The translations under genes were made by a program, and so were the position numbers. A DNA stretch of 64,000 nucleotides from Candidatus Kuenenia stuttgartensis (GTDB taxonomy: Bacteria > Planctomycetota > JAKEIC01 > DYIT01). The stretch is taken from positions 14,579 to 78,578 of the forward strand of contig DYIT01000008.1 in NCBI GenBank assembly GCA_020723505.1, read 5' to 3'. The notes under the pieces are model-generated. The model made no database searches. It was given only the letters and a program-made list of their open reading frames with translations, and was not told where the DNA came from. This document shows, in pieces, positions 23,733 through 32,460 of this stretch (within the stretch, counting starts at the first letter, position 1; the number at the start of each line of letters is the position of its first letter).

Positions 23733-25889
23733 TTGGCGGAAAACGTGCAGACCAGACCCGTGCCGGAAGGGCCGGAGAGAGAACTCCGGGATTTCGGCCC
23801 CTTCGAAATAATCGAGAAAATCGGGGCCGGCGCAGCGGGAATCGTCTACAAGGCCAGGCACAAGTCCATGGACAAGATTGTGGCCCTCAAGATCCTGTCG
23901 CGCAAACTGTCGGAGAATCCCAAGTTCATAAAGAGGTTCGTGGCCGAGGCCCGCGCAGCGGGCAAGCTTTCCCACCCGAACATCGTGCGCGGCATAGACG
24001 TGGGCGAGGCGGGCGGGAAGTACTACTTCTCCATGGAAATAGTCGAGGGCAGGAACCTCGACCAGGTCCTGAAGGACGAGGGGCGCTTCGAGGAGAAGAG
24101 GGCGCTTCGAATCGCGCTCGACATCGCCTCGGCCCTGGGGCATGCATGCGCGAACGGCATCATACACCGTGACGTCAAGCCATCGAACATCATGATCGAC
24201 CCGGAGAACAGGGCGCTCCTTACCGACATGGGGCTCGCAAGGAGGGACGACGCGGAGTCGTGGGAAAAGGAAGGGGCCGTGCTCGGCACTCCGGACTACA
24301 TGTCTCCGGAGCAAATAGAGGGCGCCTCTGACCTCGACACGCGCACCGACATCTACTCGCTCGGGATCACCCTCTTCCAGATGCTCACCGGCGCGCCGCC
24401 GTTCACCGGCGGATCGCCGAAAGACGTAATGGCCAAGCACCTCCGGGATGATTTGCCGCATCCCTTGGATTCCGGCGTCGAGGTTTCGCAGGCGGCATGG
24501 GATCTCCTGGCCAGGATGACGGCCAAGGACAAGAGGGACAGGTTCGGGGCTCCGGACGAGCTCGCCGACGCGATACGCGCCGCGCTCGCCGGGCCATTCG
24601 TTCCGGCGGCGAGGCCCTCGCAGAGGATGAGCAGCCGCAGGCCGAGGAGGCGCAGAGCGGCGGGAATGGACTATCTCTACGTGCTGGTCGCCGCAGCCGT
24701 GCTTCTGATTGGGGCGGTAATCGTATTCTCGTCAATCGGCGGGGAGGACGGGGACGGGGAGGGCGGCGACTTGACGCCCGGCCCGAAACCCAAGCCCGTT
24801 CCCGGCCCGCGGAAAGACGAGGAGCCCCGGCGTCCCGGCGACGACGAGGCCATGGAGCGGGAGATGAGGAAGGCGCTGGATGCGTATGCCCTTAATCCCG
24901 ACCTTCTTGACGCGACCATAAAGCGGCTCAAGGAGATTGCCGCGGACGCGCCGCCGGAATCCTCGGCGATAATCTGGAAGGAAATCGAGCGAATCAGGGG
25001 GGAGGCGACGGGCATCTTCAAGTCGCTGCTTTCCTCCTTCGACAAAGCCGCGGGGAACCTCATCAAGTCGGGGGAATACGGCAAGGCATGGGCGCTTGCG
25101 GTCGATTTCCGGGGGAAGTTCTCGGCGCGCTACGGCTGCCTCGAGGCGTTCTCGACGACCGACGCCGTCGAGAAGAAGATTGTCTCCGCGGCCGAGGCGG
25201 AGGCGGAGACGCTCAAGAGCCGGATTGACGCGCTGGTCACGAACGACAAGTTCGACGAGGCGATGGAGCTCGCGGACCGTATCGGCCGCATGGGCGTCGG
25301 GAAGACGGGTTCCGAGGCATCGGCCCTTCGCAAGGCCATATCGCAGGCGAAAGCCGAATGGGAGGACGAGATGCGCCGCGCAGCCGAGATGGAGGCGCTC
25401 AACGCTGCGAGGAGCAAGGCGCAGCCCCTGGTCAAATCGCGCGATTTCGCAGGGGCGGTGAGGGTGTTCGAGGAGGCGAGGTCGCGCATAAAGGAGAAGG
25501 CAATCTGGGAGGAGGTCACGAGGGAGATACGGGACGTCGACGATCTGGCCGCATTCCTTAAGGCAGCCGGCGGCGCGGGCAACAAGGCGGCCGGGAGGGT
25601 CGTGGAAATCCAGGGGAACAAGGGCGAGATAACCAGGATCGAGGGCGGCAAGGTGTTCGTGAAGTCCGGCAACGTCCAGGTGGGGATCCGGATTGAGGAC
25701 ATGACCCCCGCCGAACTGTCGGGGATAGTCGAGGCGGGGCTGGACATGTCCTCGGACAAGGCGCTGCGCAGGGGGTATGCCGTCTACCACATCCGGTTCG
25801 GAGACAGGAGGAAGGCCGCGGAGATTCTCGCAATGCTCGGCCTCGGGGATGAGGAAAAGGCGTATTACGCGGCCAAGACCGGGGATTGA
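23733..25889 (+). CDS. Hanks-type Ser/Thr protein kinase, membrane-spanning, with a long helical C-terminal region
   Basis: GAGAAGIVYKA, VALKIL, IIHRDVKPSNIMI, LTDMGLA (DMG instead of DFG), PDYMSPE. TM segment YLYVLVAAAVLLIGAVIVFSSI. The TTG start at 23733 is uncertain. Confidence 0.85.
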   Translation: MAENVQTRPVPEGPERELRDFGPFEIIEKIGAGAAGIVYKARHKSMDKIVALKILSRKLSENPKFIKRFVAEARAAGKLSHPNIVRGIDVGEAGGKYYFSMEIVEGRNLDQVLKDEGRFEEKRALRIALDIASALGHACANGIIHRDVKPSNIMIDPENRALLTDMGLARRDDAESWEKEGAVLGTPDYMSPEQIEGASDLDTRTDIYSLGITLFQMLTGAPPFTGGSPKDVMAKHLRDDLPHPLDSGVEVSQAAWDLLARMTAKDKRDRFGAPDELADAIRAALAGPFVPAARPSQRMSSRRPRRRRAAGMDYLYVLVAAAVLLIGAVIVFSSIGGEDGDGEGGDLTPGPKPKPVPGPRKDEEPRRPGDDEAMEREMRKALDAYALNPDLLDATIKRLKEIAADAPPESSAIIWKEIERIRGEATGIFKSLLSSFDKAAGNLIKSGEYGKAWALAVDFRGKFSARYGCLEAFSTTDAVEKKIVSAAEAEAETLKSRIDALVTNDKFDEAMELADRIGRMGVGKTGSEASALRKAISQAKAEWEDEMRRAAEMEALNAARSKAQPLVKSRDFAGAVRVFEEARSRIKEKAIWEEVTREIRDVDDLAAFLKAAGGAGNKAAGRVVEIQGNKGEITRIEGGKVFVKSGNVQVGIRIEDMTPAELSGIVEAGLDMSSDKALRRGYAVYHIRFGDRRKAAEILAMLGLGDEEKAYYAAKTGD

Positions 25890-25905
25890 ATCGCATTCAT
25901 TTCGA

Positions 25906-25933
25906 TTGCAGGCCGCCGGGACTCGGTTATAAT
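25906..25933 (+). promoter_or_regulatory. Sigma-70-type promoter
   Basis: TTGCAG-N16-TATAAT, about 85 nt upstream of ATG 26018. Confidence 0.4.
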
Positions 25934-26017
25934 CCCGCGGGTTTCAACATATGGCGCCGGGTTCGCGATATCCATAGCCGTTCCCGGCTTTCCGGCTTGT
26001 CCGGATCTGGAGGAAAG

Positions 26018-26596
26018 ATGAGTCTCAATATGACCCTGGCCGAACTCAAGAAGCTGCTCGAGAAGAAGCAGGGCATGCTCGAGAAGCTCTATTCGAAGCG
26101 TGAGAAGCTGGCCGCGAAGCTGGAGGCCGTGGATGCTGCCATAGCGGAGATAGCCGGCGGGGCGCCCGGGAAGCGCCGGGGCAGGGGCAGGAAGGCCAGG
26201 GCGGAGGGGACCGCCGCGCCTGCGGAAGGGGCGAAAGCCGCGGAGCAGAAAACACGGAGGAAGCGCGGGAGGCCGAGGAGGACCGAGACAATCGAGCCGG
26301 CGGTGGTGCAGGCCGTCTCAGCGACTGCGGCCTCACCCGGGCCCGCGCCCTTGGAGCCTGCAGCGCCTGCCGGGGAACCTGCGAAGAAATCGGGGCCCAG
26401 GCTGGCCGACCTGATGGCCAAGGTCCTCGACTCCGCGCCCGGCAGGGAGATGAGCGCCGTGCAGCTGGCAATCGAAGTGGAGAAGCTCGGTTACGTCTCG
26501 AAGAACACCGAGCAGGTGATCAGGCTCACCTCGGGGCGCGGCGGCAGGTTCAACAAGACCGAAGAGGATATGATTCAGCTCATAAGCTGGACGTAG
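26018..26596 (+). CDS. Hypothetical coiled-coil protein with AT-hook-like RGRP motif; possible DNA-binding protein
   Basis: The ATG at 26018 follows GGAGGAAAG. The N-terminal coiled coil is LAELKKLLEKKQGMLEKLYSKREKLAAKLEAVDAAI and the basic tract contains RRKRGRPRR. The C-terminal globular part (LADLMAKVLDSAPGREMSAVQLAIEVEKLGY) resembles a winged-helix module. The function is a guess. Confidence 0.5.
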   Translation: MSLNMTLAELKKLLEKKQGMLEKLYSKREKLAAKLEAVDAAIAEIAGGAPGKRRGRGRKARAEGTAAPAEGAKAAEQKTRRKRGRPRRTETIEPAVVQAVSATAASPGPAPLEPAAPAGEPAKKSGPRLADLMAKVLDSAPGREMSAVQLAIEVEKLGYVSKNTEQVIRLTSGRGGRFNKTEEDMIQLISWT

Positions 26597-26694
26597 CTTT
26601 TCGTCTTCCGCGTACGTAATCCATGAACAGCTTCCCTCTCCCAGGCCGCGCTTTCGAGCGGAATGGCGAGGGGAACGCCTGAGCGTCCGGAATG

Positions 26695-26717
26695 GGCGCG
26701 GCCGCCGGGGCCGCGCC
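26695..26717. terminator. GC-rich hairpin between convergent genes
   Basis: GGCGCGGCC-GCCGG-GGCCGCGCC (9-bp stem), 3 nt from the fba stop at 26721-26723. Confidence 0.45.
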
Positions 26718-26720
26718 TGA

Positions 26721-27644
26721 TTATGCCTTCCCCGCGCAGCCGAACATGTCGAACTTCTCGAGCACGACCTTCTCGATTGCGTCGCGCGCCGGTCCCAGAA
26801 TCTTGCGCGGGTCGAATTCTTCCGGCTTGTTCGCCATGATCTCGCGGATCGCTCCTGCCAGGGCCAGCCTCAGGTCCGTGTCGATGTTGATTTTGCAGAC
26901 GCCGTTCTTGATCGCGCCCCTGATTTGATCCTCCGGCACCCCCTTGGCCTCGCTCACCTTGGCGCCGTACTTGACCGCCTTTTCGAGCACCCACTGCGGC
27001 ACGCCCGACGCGCCGTGGAGCACGAGGGGAAGCCCGGTGATCTTCTTGCATGCCGCGAGCCGTTCGAAATCCAGCTTCGCGTCGCCTTTGAACTTGAACG
27101 CGCCGTGGGACGTGCCTATTGCAGGCGCGAGCGAGTCGATTCCCGTCTCCTTCGCGAACTTTCCCGCCTCTTCGGGATTCACGAGCACTGCGTCGCGGGC
27201 GTCCACGCTGACGTTGTCCTCGACGCCTACGAGCCTTCCCAGTTCGGCTTCGACCGAGACGCCCTTCTTGCGGGCCATCTCCACAACCTGCTTCGTCTTC
27301 TTCAGGTTTTCCGCGAAGGGGTGCTCCGAGCCGTCGATCATGACGGATGTGAAGCCGCCATCCACGCATGCCTGGATAATCTTCAGGTCCTTGCCGTGAT
27401 CAAGGTGCAGCGCCACGGGGACGGGCGCTTCGGATGCGAGGGTTTTCACTATGGCCACGAGCATCTTGAGGCCCGCGTACTGTATTGCGCCTTCCGAAGC
27501 CGAGAGGAACACCGGGGCCTTCCTGGCGGCGGCGGCCTTGAGAACGGCCTGGGCGATTTCCATGTTGTTGATGTTGAAAGCGCCTACGGCGTATTTGCCC
27601 TTGTCGGCTGCCTGAAGGATTTCCTTTCCGGTGACGAGCGGCAT
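26721..27644 (-). CDS. fba: Class II fructose-bisphosphate aldolase
   Basis: MPLVTGKEILQAADKGKYAVGAFNINNMEIAQAVLKAA..., LHLDHG, GTSHGAFKF and LVLHGASG are typical of class II FBA/ketose-bisphosphate aldolases. Confidence 0.9.
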   Translation of the reverse strand: MPLVTGKEILQAADKGKYAVGAFNINNMEIAQAVLKAAAARKAPVFLSASEGAIQYAGLKMLVAIVKTLASEAPVPVALHLDHGKDLKIIQACVDGGFTSVMIDGSEHPFAENLKKTKQVVEMARKKGVSVEAELGRLVGVEDNVSVDARDAVLVNPEEAGKFAKETGIDSLAPAIGTSHGAFKFKGDAKLDFERLAACKKITGLPLVLHGASGVPQWVLEKAVKYGAKVSEAKGVPEDQIRGAIKNGVCKINIDTDLRLALAGAIREIMANKPEEFDPRKILGPARDAIEKVVLEKFDMFGCAGKA

Positions 27645-27827
27645 GCGATTCTCCTGAAAAAGACCTTTATCCGGACATCACGGGAAGGATTATATCCCGG
27701 ACGATGAGCGAAGAAACGCGAATTATCAGGGTTGGAGATTGCATCCAGGCATTTTCCGCCCCTCTTTGGTCGTTGCATTGCCGCTCACGAATCCGGAACC
27801 CGGGAAATCCGATGGAACGCGAAGAAA

Positions 27828-29084
27828 TCACGCGAAATGCCGCAGAGCTTCCGCCGCGCCCGTCACGAGGAGTCTTGAATCTCCGAATTCGTGCATGGCC
27901 CGGTGCGGGCCGGAGACAATCTGAAGACCGGCCTTGCAGGGCAGCATGCCTGCGAATTTCCTCCAGGATGACGAAGGTTCGGTTTCGTTGAGCTTCGCTT
28001 CCACTGGAAGCCACGGGACCCCGTCGCGGACGACCAGGAAATCGATTTCCCGCTTTTCCTTGTCGCGAAGATAGAAAAGCTCGAACACTCCCTCCCCGGT
28101 GTCGGTCCAGAACTGGCAGGTTTTGAGCAGATGGGAAGCCACAAGATTCTCGAAGCGTGCGGCCTTGTCCCTGATTGCTCCGTAATCCCAAAGGTACATT
28201 TTGCCCTGGTCGCGCAAGGACCTGGCGATGCTCCTTGAATATGGTTTGACCTCGAAGGCGTAGTACAGGGCCTTGAGGTAAGCCATCCATCTCGCAATTG
28301 AAGGAATGCTTGCTTCCAGGTCGCGGGCAAGGGAGGCGGGACTGAACGGCGAGCCGACGCGCTCGGGAAGCAGGGCAGTCATCATCTCAATTCGCCCAAG
28401 ATCGGGCAGGCGGCTCAGATCGCGCAGATCCTCGCGGACGACAAGCTGCTCGCGGTTGCGCCGCCATAGCATGGCCTTGCGCGCGTTCTGATCCAGCAGC
28501 GGCTTCGGGAATGGGCCGTACGTCATCAGCGCCGCAAGGTTCTCCTCGTCCGAATTCCGCCTGCGATCCGCCCCGGAGAAGAGATTTTCAAGCATCTCGT
28601 CCGGCGCCTGGACGTCCGGGCGGTCCATCTCCCGAACGGAAAACGGATGAAGTCGGAAGCTGTAATGCCGCCCGAGAAGGCTGTCGCTCCCCTTCGCGTA
28701 CACGTTCAGCCGCGCGCTTCCGGTCACGAGGAAATCGCAGGGCCTTTTCAGGGTATCGAACACCCCCTTCAGATTGCGCTTCCAGAGGCGTTCCTTGTGT
28801 ATCTCGTCGAGCACGACAAGGGGCGTTTCCCCGCCGTGCGGCTTCGGAACGATTGATGACGGGCTTTTGGCCCAGGCGCGGCGGAATTCAATCTCGTCCC
28901 AGTTGCGGTAGACCCCTGCCCGCCTGCGGGCCAGCATCATCTTCGCGAGCGTGGTCTTTCCGCACTGACGCGGTCCGGACACGAGCGCGATTTTATGGTC
29001 CGAGAAAGCCAGATCCTCAATCGCCATTGCCAGCGAGCGTTCTTTCATATCGACTATACTAACGCCTGTCGTTAATTTGGTCAA
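27828..29084 (-). CDS. AAA+ ATPase (AAA_14 + DUF4143 architecture)
   Basis: Walker A GPRQCGKTTLAK, Walker B VVLDEIH, and a C-terminal DUF4143-like FENLVASHLLK. Confidence 0.8.
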   Translation of the reverse strand: MTKLTTGVSIVDMKERSLAMAIEDLAFSDHKIALVSGPRQCGKTTLAKMMLARRRAGVYRNWDEIEFRRAWAKSPSSIVPKPHGGETPLVVLDEIHKERLWKRNLKGVFDTLKRPCDFLVTGSARLNVYAKGSDSLLGRHYSFRLHPFSVREMDRPDVQAPDEMLENLFSGADRRRNSDEENLAALMTYGPFPKPLLDQNARKAMLWRRNREQLVVREDLRDLSRLPDLGRIEMMTALLPERVGSPFSPASLARDLEASIPSIARWMAYLKALYYAFEVKPYSRSIARSLRDQGKMYLWDYGAIRDKAARFENLVASHLLKTCQFWTDTGEGVFELFYLRDKEKREIDFLVVRDGVPWLPVEAKLNETEPSSSWRKFAGMLPCKAGLQIVSGPHRAMHEFGDSRLLVTGAAEALRHFA

Positions 29085-29258
29085 GTCAGGGAATGAGATG
29101 ACGGGAAATCAGGAAAGGCTAAGCCGCGGGAGCAGCCGGAAGGCCGATTGCCTTGCCGGATTCCGGCCCGCCCGACGCTCAAGGGTGAGATCAGGCGGAA
29201 CATGAATCCGGAGGTTAATTCGCCCGTTCGACGCATACCGGCGAATTCACCGACGGAT

Positions 29259-32177
29259 TCATTCCGACTTCTTCTTCGCCAGTCCGCCGCGCCATTCGGA
29301 TCCGGGCCAGCCGGAGACCGAGGGGCTGGTCTTGTCCCTGAGGGTGGTGTCCTTGTTGCCGAAGTTCTGTGTCCAGTGCACGCCACTGAGCCCCGAGCCC
29401 AGGACTGTCCAGTCGCGGCAGATCATGTTGCGGTGGTGGCCCGAGGAGTTGTACCAGGCTATGTGAGTGCCCTGCGCGTCCGAATGGCCCATGGAGATGT
29501 TTTCCGACACACCGGCGCCGGAATAGCCCTCTTTCGCGCACCGGTCGGAAGGCGCCCTGCCGTTCGGGTGTCCCTCAATCACGTGCGCGAACTGGCCGGA
29601 CGAGGACATGTACGCCGAATGGCCCCTGGCGGCGCGCACGAGCATCTCCTCGATTTTCACGCACCTCCTGCCCAGCATCATGCGATACTCGTTGAGGATT
29701 GCGACCTGCCTCCTCTCAATCTGGCCGGCCTCCTTGTTCGTCTCGTTCCACTTCATGATTTCGATATTGCAGGCGATCATCTTCTGTTCTTTGGACTCGA
29801 CGGAGAACGTCCTTATGTTGAGCTCGGAGTTGGCAAGGGAGGTGATGTAGTCCATGTCGACCTTGTCCTCCTTGTCCTTGTCGAAGCCCTTGTCGGCCGA
29901 GGCGAGCCACTCGTTCACGCGCTTCAGGTCGTTGTTGATGTTGCTGGCGGCCGCGTTGAGCTGTATCGCCGCGCTGTACGGGTTATTCCAAATCTCCTCC
30001 ACGGCCTTCACCCTCTTGTCCACCTCCTCCTGCGCGAGGCGGTAGACGTTGGGGTCAGCTACCTTCTTGTCCGGGTATCGCTCCTCGTCCTCTATGAAAT
30101 CGAGCGCATACGCCCTGCGCTTGTCTAGCTCCGCTTTCAGGGTGATCAGCGTCTGGTTGTTGAACTGGAGGTTGCCGGCGATTCGCTTCTTGAGCATCTC
30201 CCGCTTCTCGCGAAGCGCGTCGAGCAGGGCAGGCAGGCCCCTTTCGATGAGCTTGAGCCGCGCGACGGCGGCCGTTGCGGCGTCGAGATTCCCCTTCTTT
30301 ATCGCCTCCACATGCTGGGCGATTTTCTCATCCTCGATTGCGATATCGCGGTCCTTGAGCGTGTACCAGCGGTGCCGGTAGGGCACGAAGCCGCCGTCCG
30401 GGACCTTTGCGTCCCGCATGCGGGCGATGAGCGGATTGATGCGGCTTATAAGCCCCGAATCGCGGTCGAAGGCTTCGGCCAGCACGCCTTCGCCGGCCTC
30501 GGGCAGGTTGTTCATGAGGCAGAAAACGCCGAGCGCGTAGAGCTTCTCTGCGTCGAGGTCCACGAGCCTCATGAGCGCGACGACTTCCCTGTCAGAGAAC
30601 ATCTTCCAGCGCTTCTGGGTCGATCCCTGGTTGTTCTGTATGCTGAACTTGACCCACTCGGAGTCGGCGCTCGTGACGAACACCTCGGTGCCTCCGCCCA
30701 AGTCCCACGCCTTGGACTTGAGCGCGCCAGAGGCCGCAATCCCGATGAAGTGCCCGAACAGGGACTTCACGGCCTTGAGGTCCCCCACGCGGGCCGTGAA
30801 CTCCTCCTTGACGGTCCTGTCTTCGGCCTCGGCAAGGATTCCATTGTATATCTCGACGGCCCTGTCGAAATCACGCTTCTTCGAGAACACGTCGGCCTCG
30901 GCGGCGCTGTGGTACACCTTCTGGTTCGATGCGATTTCCGCCTCGGCCGACGATCTGTTCCCGCCGCCTTCCACCAGGACCTTGATCACCCTCAGCTTCA
31001 TGGCGGCTTCCAGGGCGCACTCCGTGCCCTCGTACTTCTTTATCGCGTTCCGGAACATCACCTGGGCCTGCTCGTACATCTTCTGGTCGATGAGCTGGTC
31101 GCCCTTGGAGATGAGCAGTCTGAAGTCGTTCAGCGCCTTCTTCTTGACGTTGTCTATTTCCGCCTTGGCTTTGCCGGCGACGTCCGGATACTTCTTGTAA
31201 TCCTCGGCGAAGTACTCCCAGCGCCGGATGGCGTTCCCGTACTCCTCCATGTTGAGGACGAGGTCTATTTCGGATTTCTTCTCGTTGTAGACCTTGGAAA
31301 TCCCGGACGCGACGTAGCCCTCGATTTTCGCGGCCTCGTCCTGAATAATCGGCCCGAGCTCGCTGTACGGGCATTTCTCCGCGAATTCGCCCAGCCTGCG
31401 CTTCAAGTCGAGCAGCGCGCCGATGGACGTTGCAGGCGACTGGAGACCGACTTCGGCGATCAGGGTCCTGTACGAGTCGTTCCATTTCTTGATTTCCCGG
31501 TACTCGGTCCTCGCGTCGCCGAGAATCCTCTCCGCGCTCTTCGCCCCGGAGGAGTCGGGGTACTGGTCAATCAGCGCCTCGAACTTGTTGAACGCCTCCT
31601 CGTACAGCCTGACTTTCACCGAGAGCTCGCCTTCCTTGCCCGCTTTCGCAAGGGCTTCCTCGGCGTTCGCCAGCGATTTCTTGACCGCCGAATCCGTCGA
31701 CAGCTTGTTGAATATTACCGTCCCAAGGATGAGAAGGACGATGATCCCTCCCGCGACGTAGAACAGCTCCCAGGGCGGCCTCTTCGAGGAAGCCGCGACA
31801 GCTTCGGGCGACCTCGCAGATTCGCGGACCTTCGGCTTCTCAATCATCCTCGTCCTGCCCTCGGGGGCGAACGAGCGGGCGCGGACGTCCTCCGCGAGTT
31901 TTATCACGGTCTCGCCAATCTGGATGGCGTCCCCGTCCGCGATGATCTTCGCGTTGACCATGACCCCGTTTATCCGGGTGCCGTTCGAGCTTTCCATGTC
32001 GACCAGCTTGAACCCGTCCCCGGACTGTTCGATGAAGCAGTGCTCCCTCGAAGCCCTGGGCTCGGCTATCTGCACGTCGTTTTCCGGGCTCCTGCCGATT
32101 TTGATTTTTCCCTGGCCTTCCTTAATCTTGAATTCCCTGGCAGGCTGGTCTTTTTCCTCGATAATCAGCTTGAACAT
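29259..32177 (-). CDS. FHA domain / TM helix / long helical region / C-terminal CAP (SCP/PR-1) domain protein
   Basis: FHA: IKIGRSPENDVQIAEPRASREHCFIEQSGDGFKLVDMESSNGTRINGV. TM: LFYVAGGIIVLLILGTVIF. CAP: LNEYRMMLGRR...AARGHSAYM...ENISMGHSDAQGTHIAWYNSSGHHRNM. Start set at ATG 32177 (GAGGAG 4 nt upstream) rather than 32195. Confidence 0.85.
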   Translation of the reverse strand: MFKLIIEEKDQPAREFKIKEGQGKIKIGRSPENDVQIAEPRASREHCFIEQSGDGFKLVDMESSNGTRINGVMVNAKIIADGDAIQIGETVIKLAEDVRARSFAPEGRTRMIEKPKVRESARSPEAVAASSKRPPWELFYVAGGIIVLLILGTVIFNKLSTDSAVKKSLANAEEALAKAGKEGELSVKVRLYEEAFNKFEALIDQYPDSSGAKSAERILGDARTEYREIKKWNDSYRTLIAEVGLQSPATSIGALLDLKRRLGEFAEKCPYSELGPIIQDEAAKIEGYVASGISKVYNEKKSEIDLVLNMEEYGNAIRRWEYFAEDYKKYPDVAGKAKAEIDNVKKKALNDFRLLISKGDQLIDQKMYEQAQVMFRNAIKKYEGTECALEAAMKLRVIKVLVEGGGNRSSAEAEIASNQKVYHSAAEADVFSKKRDFDRAVEIYNGILAEAEDRTVKEEFTARVGDLKAVKSLFGHFIGIAASGALKSKAWDLGGGTEVFVTSADSEWVKFSIQNNQGSTQKRWKMFSDREVVALMRLVDLDAEKLYALGVFCLMNNLPEAGEGVLAEAFDRDSGLISRINPLIARMRDAKVPDGGFVPYRHRWYTLKDRDIAIEDEKIAQHVEAIKKGNLDAATAAVARLKLIERGLPALLDALREKREMLKKRIAGNLQFNNQTLITLKAELDKRRAYALDFIEDEERYPDKKVADPNVYRLAQEEVDKRVKAVEEIWNNPYSAAIQLNAAASNINNDLKRVNEWLASADKGFDKDKEDKVDMDYITSLANSELNIRTFSVESKEQKMIACNIEIMKWNETNKEAGQIERRQVAILNEYRMMLGRRCVKIEEMLVRAARGHSAYMSSSGQFAHVIEGHPNGRAPSDRCAKEGYSGAGVSENISMGHSDAQGTHIAWYNSSGHHRNMICRDWTVLGSGLSGVHWTQNFGNKDTTLRDKTSPSVSGWPGSEWRGGLAKKKSE

Positions 32178-32217
32178 AGGCTCCTCGAAAAACAATGGTG
32201 CAAAACGCCGTTAGTAT

Positions 32218-32233
32218 AGCAAACTTGATGCCA
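32218..32233 (-). promoter_or_regulatory. Sigma-54 (-24/-12) promoter
   Basis: The minus strand reads TGGCATCAAGTTTGCT, against the consensus TGGCACG-N4-TTGCW, with GG-N10-GC spacing exact. The predicted start near 32207 leaves a ~30-nt leader with an SD before ATG 32177. Confidence 0.6.
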
Positions 32234-32460
32234 ACTTTGCAGGCGGCATTAATGATGATTTAACTTTTTATTTGCCATAGTGTTATGTCACTAACCCAGG
32301 GCAAATGCAACCAGAGAAACATTTGAACGGCTGGAAATCTGTAAGATTCTCTTTACGCGGCAAAAGATGCTATTGGAGACATAACATATTGATGCAATTA
32401 AAGATATACGTGCCTCCATCGGGAATCGAATGTAAATCTTTCTTGACACATCTTCCGAGG

